A stretch of DNA of 55,395 bases from Clostridiales bacterium (GCA_020859965.1 JAJBVF010000034.1:167-55561); one strand, 5' to 3'; positions 29,102-39,680 are shown, counted from the stretch's first letter. The notes: a model not told the origin generated them from the letters alone. Made by a program: numbers and translations.

Positions 29102-30694
29102 ATGGGTTATTGTCCAGAGGAGGAGAACAGGGAGAAGGAAGAAGATTTACCGGGCGGTCTGAGCAGAGAGAACGATAGGACAGATGGTGAAAAAGACAGT
29201 TCTGACCTGGTAAAGGAACTGCCGGATTCTGAAGGAGTAGAAACAGAAACCTTCAGTGACTCCGGGCCGGATCGGGATTCTTATCCGGCTATGGAGCAGG
29301 AGTATGAAACCGCCGAGGATCAGCAGCTCATCGCCGCTCTCGAAAAGCGCGCCGGCAGACGTTTCCTCAACGGCATGATGCTCGGCTTTGTGCTGGGAAT
29401 TGCGGTAGTGGTTGCGGCGGCGTACGCGCCGGGCGTGATCCGAAAGCTGACTGGGAAGGGCAACCCGGGAGCGGAGGTGCTGACGCAAAGCAGCACCATT
29501 TCGAAGCTCTCCGAGGTGCAGGAGCTGATCGAGGCATATTATCTGAATGAGGTGGACGGTGAGTATCTGGAGTCGTACCTGTTTAAAGGAATCGCTGCAG
29601 GGCTGGATGACGCATATGCAAATTATTATACGGCCGAAGAACTGTCGTCCGTGATGGATTCAACGAATGGCGAGTACTATGGGATCGGCGCGACGATCGG
29701 CACAGATACGGAGACCGGTGAGTTTTATGTCGGCGAAGTATACGAAGGCGGCCCGGCAGAAGAAGGCGGCCTGCAGCCGGATGATCTGGTGCGGGCGGTG
29801 GACGGCGAGGCAGCCTCTGAGATGACTTTGAATGAACTGGTGACACTGATTAAGTCGAAGGAGACTTTTACGATGATCGTGTACCGGCCTTCCGAGGAGA
29901 CGGAGCTGGAGCTGACGATTACCTGCGCGGATGTGATACCGACTTATGTGACCTATGAGATGTTAGAGGATGGGATCGCTTATCTGAAGCTGACGGAGTT
30001 TACCGCGAGCGCGGTGGAACAGTTCCGGGACGCTGTGGCGGATCTGAACAGCCAGGGCATGGAGAATCTGATCGTGGATCTGCGTGACAATCCGGGCGGT
30101 CTGCTCTCGGCGGTCTGCGATATTCTGGATGAGATTTTGCCGGAAGACGCCCTCATGGTCTATACGGAAGATAAAAATGGGAACCGGGAGGAATACACGG
30201 CAGATGATGAGCAGAGTGTGACCTGCCAGGTGGCGGTGCTGGTAAATGGAGGCAGCGCGAGCGCTTCGGAGATTTTCGCGGGCGCGATCCAGGATTATGG
30301 GATTGGACCGGTCATCGGCACACAGACCTACGGAAAGGGCGTCGTACAGAAGACCTATTCGCTCTCAGACGGCTCCGCGTTTAAGATGACAGTGGAAAAT
30401 TATTATACGCCGAACGGTCAGGAAATTGACGGAAACGGGATCACGCCGGATATCATTGTGGATGAAGATGATAAGGAAAACAAGGCTGCGGAAGATGAAC
30501 CTGCGGAGAGTGATGATGACTCTGCAGAAAACGATGATGTATTTGTGGAGAGTGACGGCGATTCTGCAGATGAGGACGCATCGCCTTTGAGTGATGATGG
30601 CGATATAGGGGACGTTGATGAAGAAATTGCGGATGACACAGAAACAGACGCCGTACTTTTGCGGGCACTGGAGGAGTTGAGAAACAATGGATAA
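29102..30694 (+). CDS. ctpA: S41A carboxyl-terminal processing protease (TM anchor, PDZ, acidic termini)
   Basis: YYGIGA, GGPAEEGGL, DLRDNPGGLL, SASASEIF, TYGKG, YYTPNG and GITPD motifs. Confidence 0.92.
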   Translation: MGYCPEEENREKEEDLPGGLSRENDRTDGEKDSSDLVKELPDSEGVETETFSDSGPDRDSYPAMEQEYETAEDQQLIAALEKRAGRRFLNGMMLGFVLGIAVVVAAAYAPGVIRKLTGKGNPGAEVLTQSSTISKLSEVQELIEAYYLNEVDGEYLESYLFKGIAAGLDDAYANYYTAEELSSVMDSTNGEYYGIGATIGTDTETGEFYVGEVYEGGPAEEGGLQPDDLVRAVDGEAASEMTLNELVTLIKSKETFTMIVYRPSEETELELTITCADVIPTYVTYEMLEDGIAYLKLTEFTASAVEQFRDAVADLNSQGMENLIVDLRDNPGGLLSAVCDILDEILPEDALMVYTEDKNGNREEYTADDEQSVTCQVAVLVNGGSASASEIFAGAIQDYGIGPVIGTQTYGKGVVQKTYSLSDGSAFKMTVENYYTPNGQEIDGNGITPDIIVDEDDKENKAAEDEPAESDDDSAENDDVFVESDGDSADEDASPLSDDGDIGDVDEEIADDTETDAVLLRALEELRNNG

Positions 30695-31625
30695 CAGAAT
30701 CATTTTTCGCGAAATGCTGACAGAGCTGAAGACGGCAGCGGACGAAAGAGACGGCATCCTGACTCATGAGGAGATTCGTGAGGTTCTGAAAAGCATGCCG
30801 CTGGAAGAGGAGCATTTTCAATTAATTTATGAGTACCTTGAAGGACAGAATATCCGTGTGGTAGAATCCAGGGAGGAACTGTCAAAGGCGGGAGATGGCA
30901 TACGCCTGACTGGGTCAGGTGGAACGATGGGTGCTGCAGAGCACTCCGATCAGCCGGATGGGACAAACGGCGCAGAGAATTCCGGTCAGCCACATGGCGT
31001 GATGGGCGCTGCAGAGGGTTCTGGTCAACCAGATGGAGCAATGGGTGCCGACGGTCAGCCGGATGATTCGGAAATTTCCATCCAGACTGATGACGAAACG
31101 GGGCCTGACGGCCGACAGAGCCTGTCCTTTTATCTGGAAGAACTGGAAAAGCTTGCCCCTGTGGACGACGCGGAAGAGATGCGTCTGATCGACCGCGCGA
31201 GAGCTGGAGACGGCGAGGCGAGAGAACGCCTGATCGGGATTTACCTGCCGCTGATCTGTTCGATGGCGGAAGAATACGGCGAAGAAACGATGCCTGGAGA
31301 GGATCTGATTCAGGAAGGAAATCTCGGACTGCTGCTGGCTGTGGATTCACTGGGGGAGTTTGACAGTGCGGCGGCCTGCCGTGCCTGGATGATTAACATG
31401 GCGCGCAAGGCGATGGAGGATGCCGTAAAAAGCAGTCAGGACGGACAAAAGATGGATGACGGACTGCTTAGCAGGATCAACCATCTGAATGAGGCGGTGC
31501 ACAATCTGGAGCGCGACCTTGGTCACAAGGTGTCCGCAGAAGAGGTGTCCGCGTATCTGGAGATGCCGCTGGCGGAGATCGAAGATCTGCTGCGGGTGGC
31601 GGGAGACCAGATTGACGCGAGATAG
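30687..31625 (+). CDS. Degenerate sigma70 (SigA-like) paralog: regions 1.1, 1.2, 2 and 3, no region 4
   Basis: Region 1.1-like N terminus; YLEEL...EE..L...ARAGDGEARERLI; DLIQEGNLGLL; region 3 HTH-like LERDLGHKVSAEEVS; stop follows shortly. Confidence 0.75.
   Translation: MDNRIIFREMLTELKTAADERDGILTHEEIREVLKSMPLEEEHFQLIYEYLEGQNIRVVESREELSKAGDGIRLTGSGGTMGAAEHSDQPDGTNGAENSGQPHGVMGAAEGSGQPDGAMGADGQPDDSEISIQTDDETGPDGRQSLSFYLEELEKLAPVDDAEEMRLIDRARAGDGEARERLIGIYLPLICSMAEEYGEETMPGEDLIQEGNLGLLLAVDSLGEFDSAAACRAWMINMARKAMEDAVKSSQDGQKMDDGLLSRINHLNEAVHNLERDLGHKVSAEEVSAYLEMPLAEIEDLLRVAGDQIDAR
30921..31064 (+). repeat. Degenerate 30-39-bp coding tandem repeat in the sigma-like gene
   Basis: GTMGAAEHSDQPD / GTNGAENSGQPH / GVMGAAEGSGQPD / GAMGADGQPD. 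Confidence 0.8.
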
Positions 31626-31646
31626 GATTTATCGGAGGAGGAGAAC

Positions 31647-33086
31647 ATGAAAAAGACAAAAATTATCTGTACCATGGGACCGGCGTCAGACGACCGGGAG
31701 ATTTTAAAAGAACTGGCGCTTAGCGGCATGGATATCGCGCGGTTCAATTTTTCTCATGGTACCCACGAGGAGCAGAAGGTGCGGTTTGACCGCCTCAAAA
31801 GTGTGCGCGCGGAGATCAAAAAGCCCATTGCGATTCTTTTGGATACCAAGGGTCCGGAGATCCGCACTGGTCTGCTGAAAAACGGCGGTCCGGTGACGCT
31901 TTGCGCCGGGGAGGAGTTTACGCTGACTTCCGAGGTGATTGAGGGAGATGAGACGAGAGTCAGTCAGACTTATCTGCAGCTGCCGCAGGATGTAAAGCCG
32001 GGCGACCGGATCCTGATTGACGATGGCCTGATCGGTCTTAAAGTGAAGGAAATCCAGGGGACGGAGATTGTCTGTACCATTGAAAATGGCGGCAGCCTCG
32101 GCCAGAGAAAGGGCGTGAATGTTCCGAATGTAAAGGTCAATCTCCCGGGTATTACCGAGAAGGATCGTGAAGACATCCTGTTCGGCATAGAAGAAGGAAT
32201 TGATTTCATCGCAGCCTCCTTTGTGCGCGATGCGGAAGCAATCAAAGAAATTAAGTCGATTTTGAAAGAGCACGGCGCGGAGCATGTCAGCGTGATCGCG
32301 AAGATCGAGAACGCCGAGGGTATTCAGAATATCGATAAAATCATCCAGGCTTCGGACGGCATCATGGTGGCCCGCGGCGATATGGGCGTGGAAATTCCCG
32401 CTTATGAGGTGCCGCATGTGCAGCGGACGATTGTGGAGAAATGCAATAGAAAATACAAGCCAGTCATTATTGCGACACAGATGCTGGATTCGATGATCCG
32501 CAACCCGCGCCCGACCCGTGCGGAGGTGACGGACGTGGCAAACGCAATCCGTGAGGGCGCGGATGCAATCATGCTTTCCGGAGAGACTGCGGCAGGTAAA
32601 TATCCGCTGGAAGCACTGAAAATGATGAGCCAGATCGCGGAGACAACCGAAGGGTATAATCAGGATGAGTTCCGCAGCAAAGAGTTCCATGGACTACGTG
32701 GAGACGCCAATGTATCGAGTGCGGTCGGACTGGCCGCGATCCAGACGGCAGTCAATGTTCAGGCGGACTGCATCGTGATACCGACGATGTCCGGTCAGAC
32801 GGCCCGGCTGATGTCCAATTTCCGTGCGCCGATTCCGATCTATGCGATCTCGCCGAACGACTGGGCGCTGCGGAAAATGCAGATTTACTGGGGCGTGACG
32901 CCTCTGCAGGGCTATGCGGAGGATACGACTGAGCATATCATTTCCCATGCAATGTATATTGTAAAGAGAGATGGATATGTGAAGCCCGGGGACATGGTCG
33001 CACTTACGGCGGGAGATCCGGCGACCAATGTTGTAAAAGGCAAGGGCGCGATGACGAATATGATGCATGTCATCCAGGCCCGGTAA
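31647..33086 (+). CDS. pyk: Pyruvate kinase
   Basis: KTKIICTMGP, RFNFSHG, DTKGPEIRTG, AKIEN, MVARGDMG, ATQMLDSM and MLSGETA motifs. Confidence 0.98.
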   Translation: MKKTKIICTMGPASDDREILKELALSGMDIARFNFSHGTHEEQKVRFDRLKSVRAEIKKPIAILLDTKGPEIRTGLLKNGGPVTLCAGEEFTLTSEVIEGDETRVSQTYLQLPQDVKPGDRILIDDGLIGLKVKEIQGTEIVCTIENGGSLGQRKGVNVPNVKVNLPGITEKDREDILFGIEEGIDFIAASFVRDAEAIKEIKSILKEHGAEHVSVIAKIENAEGIQNIDKIIQASDGIMVARGDMGVEIPAYEVPHVQRTIVEKCNRKYKPVIIATQMLDSMIRNPRPTRAEVTDVANAIREGADAIMLSGETAAGKYPLEALKMMSQIAETTEGYNQDEFRSKEFHGLRGDANVSSAVGLAAIQTAVNVQADCIVIPTMSGQTARLMSNFRAPIPIYAISPNDWALRKMQIYWGVTPLQGYAEDTTEHIISHAMYIVKRDGYVKPGDMVALTAGDPATNVVKGKGAMTNMMHVIQAR

Positions 33087-33289
33087 ACGGCCAGACAGAA
33101 GAAAGCGTCTGTAAACAGCTTATGCGCGGCAGACTTAAAAATTGCTGCCCCGCTAAACTTTAGAAAAACCTTAATATTTTATTGGCATTCTTTTAACAGC
33201 TTTCTGCTAACATAAAACTAACTGTTCTGTTCCCGGACGGTATCGGAATTTTTCGGGCGGGTACAGAAATTGAGGAAGAGAGGGCGGTT

Positions 33290-33991
33290 ATGTACAACAT
33301 TCTGGTATGTGACGACGAGAAAGAGATCGTGGACGCGATTGAGATTTATCTGACCCAGGAAGGATTCCGCGTGATTAAGGCCTATGACGGCGAGCAGGCG
33401 CTTGCCATTCTGAGACAGCAGGAGATTCACCTGCTGCTCCTCGACCTGATGATGCCGAAGATGGATGGTATCCATGCGATCATGAAGATTCGCGAGGAGT
33501 ACAGCATCCCGATTATCATCCTCTCAGCCAAAACGCAGGATACGGACAAGGTCCTCGGACTGAATCTGGGGGCAGACGACTACATCGCGAAGCCGTTTAA
33601 CCCTCTGGAGCTGATCGCACGGGTAAAGTCACAGATCCGGCGCTATACGAATTTCGGGGCTGCCTCTGAGGCGGTGGCTTCCGAGCATGTTTATTCCACC
33701 GGCACTCTGGTGATTAACGATGACCGCAAGGAAGTCACGGTGGACGGCGAGATGGTGAAGCTGACCAGGATTGAGTACAACATTTTGCTGTTTCTGGTGA
33801 AAAACAAGGGCAAGGTCTTTTCCATTGATCAGATCTACGAAGAGATCTGGAAGGAAGAAGCGTTTGGCGCGGACAATACAGTTACTGTGCACATCCGTCA
33901 TATTCGGGAGAAGATTGAGATTGATCCGAAGAACCCGAAGTACCTCAAGGTGATCTGGGGGATTGGCTACAAAGTGGAGAATATCCAGTGA
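33290..33991 (+). CDS. OmpR/PhoB-family response regulator
   Basis: VCDDE, LDLMMP, GADDYIAKPF and VHIRHIREKIE motifs. Confidence 0.95.
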   Translation: MYNILVCDDEKEIVDAIEIYLTQEGFRVIKAYDGEQALAILRQQEIHLLLLDLMMPKMDGIHAIMKIREEYSIPIIILSAKTQDTDKVLGLNLGADDYIAKPFNPLELIARVKSQIRRYTNFGAASEAVASEHVYSTGTLVINDDRKEVTVDGEMVKLTRIEYNILLFLVKNKGKVFSIDQIYEEIWKEEAFGADNTVTVHIRHIREKIEIDPKNPKYLKVIWGIGYKVENIQ

Positions 33992-36459
33992 AAAAACTGA
34001 TTTACAAAAAGCCGGTCCGGGTGCTTCTGATTCTTCTCGGGGCAGCCGCGGCTGGCTTCCTTTTTTACTGCCTGGCGACCATCAGCTTCTGGATGGAGGA
34101 TTCGTTCAGCCTGAGTGAGTTTTCCAGAAGCTATGAACAGTCGGATCTGTTTTTCCGCCAGGTGGATTCTGTGCTTTCTAATAAAATAAAAGGTCAGGAT
34201 AACGCGCGTCTTCTCGAGACGGACGGAGAATTGGATCTGGAAAAACAGATCGATATCCAGTCCTATGACACAGTGGGCAATGCGGTCCAGGACATGAATA
34301 CCACCTACCTTTTGGGAAATCTGCTGGATTTTTATGAAAATGGAGGATGGCAGGCGCTTCATGACGCGATTGCCGCTGCGGCAGATGATGACACGCGGGA
34401 TGCGGGAGAGATCCTTGACGAGCAGTCCGATACGCTGGAGACCATCACGCCGGTGACCGGGATTACGCTTGCGGAATGTTCGCGCTGGTATTCAGATCCG
34501 GCTGGGTATGTCGAGGAGATGTATACTCTGCTGGATGAAGCCTGCGCGGATATCTACGCGCACTATGTGGAATACACCACCGCACAGGATGAGAGCTGGT
34601 CGGCAGAGGCACCGTCCAACCTGCTTTATTATATAGAGAACACGTCTAACGGTGAGGTTTATACAAATATCGGCGCGGATTCTTATGAAGAGGCAGTTGC
34701 TATGGCGGAAAAAGAAGAAGCGTTTACCAGTCTTTATGAAGGTGAGCGCAGCTTTAACATCATGGTAACAAATCCGGAAAGGGTGTTGAATACCGAGGCG
34801 TCAGAATGGTTTTTGCAGGAGCGTTTTGTCGGTACAAATGAAAAGGTTTATCTGGCAGTGGACACCTCCTATCCGGTGAGTGATGAGCTGCAGACCTGGT
34901 CTGACTATTACGCGCAGCGGGAAACTATTGTCTGGAGAGCGTGTGCCGGCGCCGGCTTTTGTCTTGTGATTTTATTGTTTTGCTTTGCATGTTCAGGTCT
35001 GGCGGCGGGCAGAAAAGAGGGAGACACCGGACCTCGGCTTTTGCGGATTGATTCCATTCCGACCGAGCTGGCTGCGGGAATTTATCTGATTGCTCTGATT
35101 ATCTTTATGTTGATCGTGGCCGAATGGCAGCGCGTGGTTCAGGTACTGCCAGGGGAAGAAAAGCTGAAAGCAGCCTTTGTGGCGGCCATCGCTTATCTGG
35201 TGTTTTTGTCGGCAGTACTGGCATTTATCCGGCGCTTCCGGGCAAAGACACTCTGGTCCAATTCCGTCACGCGTACGCTGCTCGTGACCTGGAGGCAGGT
35301 GAATTCTTCGCGGGCCGCGTCCGGTCAGCTGATTGTGTTTTATATTGGCTTTTTTGTCCTGAATTTTGTGTTCCTGCTGCTGTTCGGACGCAGCGGACTG
35401 GTGCTGGTGGTTTTGCTGGACATCGCCGTGCTGTTGTATCTGATGCGTGATATGGCAGGAAAACAGAGCATTTATGAGGGCATTCACCAGATATCCCAGG
35501 GCGATTTGAAATACCGGATTGACAGCGAGGCTTTGCAGGGAGATTCCCGGAAAATGGCGGAAGCGGTCAATGAGATGGGAGAGAGTCTCTGCGGCGCGCT
35601 GGAAGCCATTGTGAAAAATGAAAGGCTGAAAGCGGAACTGATTACAAATGTTTCGCACGATCTGAAGACTCCGCTTACCTCGATTGTGAATTATGTCGAT
35701 CTGCTGAAAAAGGAAACGCTCCTGACAGAGCGGGCGCGGGGTTATATTGAGGTGCTTGACCAGAAGTCCCAGCGGCTGAAACAGCTGACGGAGGATCTGG
35801 TGGAAGCAAGTAAAATCAGCTCCGGCAATATTGAGCTGGAGATCGTACGGCTGCAGGTGCAGAGTATGCTGATGCAGGCCTGCGGGGAGTTTGAGGAACG
35901 CCTGGAAGAACATGGCCTGACGATTGCGTGGCAGCTGGAAAAAAAGCCGCTCTTTATCATGACGGACGGACGGCAGCTCTGGCGTATCCTGGAAAATCTG
36001 CTGGGAAATGTCTGTAAATACGCGAAAGAAGATACCGAGGTGAAGGTGATTTTAAAGCGGGAAGGCGCAGCAGATGATCCTGGACCGGAACACTCCGGAA
36101 GTGCAGCAGATGGCTCTCGGCAGGATTTATTCCGGAGCAAAGCAGCGAGTGTTCATGACTGGAACCGCTCCGGAAGAGCTGCGTCCGTCCGGGGATCTTT
36201 CGTGATGGAGCAGGAAATTATGATTGAGATCCAGAATGTATCCCGCGATCCAATTAACGTGGAGGTGGACGAGCTGACCGGGCGTTTTGTCCGGGGGGAT
36301 TTAAGCCGCAGCACGGAAGGCAGCGGACTGGGACTTTCCATCGCGCAGAACCTGACGGAGCTGCTGGACGGCCGTTTTGAGCTTTCCCTGGAAGGCGGAG
36401 TTTTTGCCGCACGTATGTATTTTTCGGAGGCTCCTGATTCGGAGCAGCCACAGAACTGA
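33988..36459 (+). CDS. Membrane sensor histidine kinase
   Basis: H box NVSHDLKTPLT, N box ENLLGNVCKY, FVRGD, GSGLGLSIA; large acidic extracytoplasmic domain; GTGA overlap. Confidence 0.93.
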   Translation: MKKLIYKKPVRVLLILLGAAAAGFLFYCLATISFWMEDSFSLSEFSRSYEQSDLFFRQVDSVLSNKIKGQDNARLLETDGELDLEKQIDIQSYDTVGNAVQDMNTTYLLGNLLDFYENGGWQALHDAIAAAADDDTRDAGEILDEQSDTLETITPVTGITLAECSRWYSDPAGYVEEMYTLLDEACADIYAHYVEYTTAQDESWSAEAPSNLLYYIENTSNGEVYTNIGADSYEEAVAMAEKEEAFTSLYEGERSFNIMVTNPERVLNTEASEWFLQERFVGTNEKVYLAVDTSYPVSDELQTWSDYYAQRETIVWRACAGAGFCLVILLFCFACSGLAAGRKEGDTGPRLLRIDSIPTELAAGIYLIALIIFMLIVAEWQRVVQVLPGEEKLKAAFVAAIAYLVFLSAVLAFIRRFRAKTLWSNSVTRTLLVTWRQVNSSRAASGQLIVFYIGFFVLNFVFLLLFGRSGLVLVVLLDIAVLLYLMRDMAGKQSIYEGIHQISQGDLKYRIDSEALQGDSRKMAEAVNEMGESLCGALEAIVKNERLKAELITNVSHDLKTPLTSIVNYVDLLKKETLLTERARGYIEVLDQKSQRLKQLTEDLVEASKISSGNIELEIVRLQVQSMLMQACGEFEERLEEHGLTIAWQLEKKPLFIMTDGRQLWRILENLLGNVCKYAKEDTEVKVILKREGAADDPGPEHSGSAADGSRQDLFRSKAASVHDWNRSGRAASVRGSFVMEQEIMIEIQNVSRDPINVEVDELTGRFVRGDLSRSTEGSGLGLSIAQNLTELLDGRFELSLEGGVFAARMYFSEAPDSEQPQN

Positions 36460-36691
36460 TGCCGGAATTTCTGACCGTTCGCGGCTCATAAGTGCCTCAG
36501 ATGATGTATAAAATTTCTGTGAAATTAAAAGGCTATCCGTTGACATTCCCTGGAATTAGGCGTAAAGTTTCTACAATATTATGGTACAAGGGACAAAAGG
36601 TCGGAAATAGAACCACTGTATTTCACTGCCAGACTTTTTGCTGCCCGAATCACAGTATATGATTACAAAGAAATGAGAGGCGCATTATTTT

Positions 36692-37099
36692 ATGAAAAGG
36701 AAACTATCGGATTTTTTCTCAAACTTTATGTCCGGAAGGTATGGCACAGACGATCTGTCTAAATTTTCACTGGCTGTCTGCCTGGTACTGCTGATCATTA
36801 ATATTTTTACGAGCCAGCCGATTGTTTATATTCTGGCGCTTGCCCTGCTGGTCTGGAGCTATTTCCGGATGTTTTCGAGAAATTATGTGCAGCGCAGCGC
36901 GGAGAATGAAAAATATATGAATTTTGTCCAGAGCATTCGGGGGCGCTTTGGCAAAGCAGAACGGCGTGCAAAGCAGTCGAAGGATTACCATATTTATAAG
37001 TGTCCTTCCTGCGGACAGAAGATCCGCATTCCGCGTGGAAAAGGGAAAATCTGCATCACCTGCCCGAAATGCCGCAAGGAATTTCAGAAGAGAAGCTAA
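36692..37099 (+). CDS. Small membrane protein with C-terminal Zn ribbon
   Basis: GRYGTDDL, two TM segments, CPSCGQKIRIPRGKGKICITCPKC. Confidence 0.8.
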   Translation: MKRKLSDFFSNFMSGRYGTDDLSKFSLAVCLVLLIINIFTSQPIVYILALALLVWSYFRMFSRNYVQRSAENEKYMNFVQSIRGRFGKAERRAKQSKDYHIYKCPSCGQKIRIPRGKGKICITCPKCRKEFQKRS

Positions 37100-37105
37100 A
37101 AAAGG

Positions 37106-38086
37106 ATGTTTGGTTATATTTATATTAATGAGCAGGAGCTGAAGCTGAGAGAGTACACGACCTACCGCAGCTTCTACTGCGGGTTATGCCAGGAGCTGCA
37201 CCATCGCTACGGCAGGAGGGCGCAGATGGTGTTGAACTACGACACGACCTTTCTCGCAATCCTGCTGACCGGCCTTTATGAGCCGGAGACCCTGTTTGAA
37301 GAGAAACGATGTCTGCCTCATCCGGTACACAGGCACGCGATGGCTCAGAATGACGCAGTCAGCTATGCGGCGGATATGTGCGTACTGCTGGCTTATCAGA
37401 AGGCTAGGGATGACTGGGAGGATGAGCATAAATTGTCCGGGAAGACCCTTTCGGCATTGCTGAAATCTTCCTATAAAAAAATTGCGGACAGTTATCCGAG
37501 GCAGTCAAAGGCAGTTGAGGAGAATATTCATCTGCTGCACGAGGTGGAAAAAGCGTGGAGTGATCAGCAAAAGGGAGTCGGCTGCGTGTCTGACCGCGCT
37601 GCGGATCTGGACTATGTGGCGGGACTGACGGGAAATTTTCTGGCGGAGCTGTTTGTCTGGAAAGAAGATATCTGGCAGGACGATCTGAGGCAGATTGGCT
37701 TTTATCTGGGAAAATTTATTTATCTGATGGATGCCCTGGAAGACATCGGTAAAGACTATAAAAAAGGGAATTATAATCTGTTTTCGGTCCTTTTGACATC
37801 CGGGGATATTTCTGGAAATGGTGAATCCGGCAGTGCCGCCTCCGGCAATACGGCTCCGGATTCGGGTACGAATCTGACGGAGGCCATCTGGCAGGAGCCT
37901 GCGAAGACAGAAATTCAGAAAGTCCTGACCGGCATGATGACGGAGGCTTCGCGCGCGTTTGAGCGTCTGCCGGTTCTGGAATACGTGCCGATTATCCGCA
38001 ATATCCTGTATTCCGGTGTCTGGTGCAAGTACTCGGCACTGCAGGAGAAAGCCGGGAGGCAAAAGGGCGGCGGCCATGATTCATGA
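37106..38086 (+). CDS. DUF5685-family protein
   Basis: MFGY...Y..FYCGLC..L...YG, LNYD.TFLA, CLPHP, LGKFIYLMDA.ED...D.KKGNYN, NILYSG. Confidence 0.75.
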   Translation: MFGYIYINEQELKLREYTTYRSFYCGLCQELHHRYGRRAQMVLNYDTTFLAILLTGLYEPETLFEEKRCLPHPVHRHAMAQNDAVSYAADMCVLLAYQKARDDWEDEHKLSGKTLSALLKSSYKKIADSYPRQSKAVEENIHLLHEVEKAWSDQQKGVGCVSDRAADLDYVAGLTGNFLAELFVWKEDIWQDDLRQIGFYLGKFIYLMDALEDIGKDYKKGNYNLFSVLLTSGDISGNGESGSAASGNTAPDSGTNLTEAIWQEPAKTEIQKVLTGMMTEASRAFERLPVLEYVPIIRNILYSGVWCKYSALQEKAGRQKGGGHDS

Positions 38087-38134
38087 CAGGATATACGGCG
38101 GTTTCGAAAGAGAAATACGGCGTTGGAGGAGAAT

Positions 38135-38902
38135 ATGAAAGATCCATATGAGATTTTGGGTGTATCGAGGGGGGCTTCCGAAGAAGAAATTAAAAAAGCT
38201 TATCGGAGACTGAGCCGGCAATATCATCCGGACGCGAATATTAACAACCCGAATAAAGCACAGGCCGAGGAGAAATTCAAGGAAGTGCAGCAGGCCTATC
38301 AGCAGATTATGTATGATAAAGAGCATGGTGAGGGCAGCTATGAGGCGAAGCAGAGCGGCGGCAGGTCATCGTCCTCTTCGTCGTCCTCCTCTTCGTCCGG
38401 CAGCTATGGCAGAGGAGGCTATGGCGGATTTGGCGGATTTGGAGGGTTCGGCGGTTACGGCAATTATAACGGCGGCTCATCCGGCAGTTCTGGTTCTTCT
38501 TCCTCAGCGAATGAAGATCCGCATCTGAGAGCGGCGGAAAATTACATCCGCAGCAATCATTACGATGAGGCGATCAATGTCCTGAATGGGATTTCCAACC
38601 GCACTGCCCGCTGGTATTACCTGAGCGCTCTGGCAAATTCCGGCCGCGGCAATAATGTTCTGGCTCTTGACCACGCGCAGAAGGCCGTGCAGATGGAGCC
38701 AAACAATCTGCAGTACCGGCAGCTTCTCTCTGAGATGGAGGGCGGCGGACGCTGGTATCAGTCGATGGGCGAGGAGTATGGGAGTCCGATGTCTCACGCC
38801 GGCAATTATTGTACGAGACTGTGCATGGCCTGGCTGGTCTGCAGCTGCTGCTGCGGAGGAGGCGGCGGTATGCGCATGGGAGTTCCGATCATGTGCTGTT
38901 AA
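38135..38902 (+). CDS. J-domain (DnaJ-like) protein with G/S-rich linker, TPR-like segment and Cys-rich tail
   Basis: DPYEILGV...[15 protein letters not shown]; ARWYYLSA...AVQMEPNN; C-terminal CTRLC...CSCCC...CC. Confidence 0.88.
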   Translation: MKDPYEILGVSRGASEEEIKKAYRRLSRQYHPDANINNPNKAQAEEKFKEVQQAYQQIMYDKEHGEGSYEAKQSGGRSSSSSSSSSSSGSYGRGGYGGFGGFGGFGGYGNYNGGSSGSSGSSSSANEDPHLRAAENYIRSNHYDEAINVLNGISNRTARWYYLSALANSGRGNNVLALDHAQKAVQMEPNNLQYRQLLSEMEGGGRWYQSMGEEYGSPMSHAGNYCTRLCMAWLVCSCCCGGGGGMRMGVPIMCC

Positions 38903-38924
38903 AGTTCTTCACATTTGGAAAAGA

Positions 38925-38970
38925 AAAACGCCCGGCGGTACGTCTTTGATGACGCTTTGCCGGGCGAGTT
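38925..38970. terminator. Probable bidirectional terminator between the J-domain gene and mscL
   Basis: aaaacgcccggc...gccgggcgagttt stem. Confidence 0.55.
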
Positions 38971-39083
38971 TGTAAAAATCGGGATCTTTACTTGAGAGTC
39001 TTTCAATCAGTGTCTTTCGATCAGAGTCCATCAATCAGTATTTTTAAAATGGAACGTATAAAACCTGAGCCGGCATCAGCAGC

Positions 39084-39520
39084 TTACAGTGCCGATGTAC
39101 AGTTCGGGCATTTGGTAGCATCTTTATGTACTTCTGATTTGCAGTACGGACAGATCTTGGTCGTGACTTCGGGCTCGGGAGCAGGCTTGTGGAGCTTGTT
39201 GATGCCTTTGATTACGAAGAAGATCACCAGCGCGGTCAGTAAAACTCTACGATCATCTGGATGAAATTGCCATAAGCGATGACGGAGGCACCTGCTTCCT
39301 GAGCGGCAGCCAGTGTGGAATAGCTGTTTCCATCGAGTGGAATCATCAGATCAGTGAAATTGATACGCCCGGTTACCAGGGTGACCAACGGCATCACGAT
39401 GTCATTGACCAGGGAATTGACAATGTTGCTGAATGCCGCGCCTATGATTACGCCGACGGCCATGTCGATGACATTGCCGCGCATAATGAAGGCTTTGAAT
39501 TCGTCTACCATTTTGCTCAT
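39084..39520 (-). pseudogene. mscL: Large-conductance mechanosensitive channel with a 1-nt frameshift (real or sequencing error)
   Basis: EFKAFIMRGNVIDMAVGVIIGAAF...YGNF; ORF stops at 39236, but adding one T in the run at 39241-39244 restores FLLTALVIFFVIKGINKL...CPYC...CPNCTSAL to TAA at 39084. The span is 437 nt, one short of 146 codons. Confidence 0.88.
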
Positions 39521-39680
39521 TTCTTTTTTCCTCCTGTGATATGATTGTAAAAAAGTTACAGGAATTATAACATAGCTCAGGTAAAAAACTATGGTATACT
39601 ATAAAAAAATTTAAAGAAATTTCATGCACCAATGTTTTAGCTGTGCGTGCATTTGTAAAAAGATCAAGGGGGAGTATCGT

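Noticed and set aside
33157-33176. OmpR-type direct repeat (ctttag...ccttaa) upstream of the response regulator
   Set aside because: Too short and degenerate in AT-rich DNA to support
39236-39520. Complete 94-aa MscL
   Set aside because: It stops inside TM2; the remainder is in the adjacent frame
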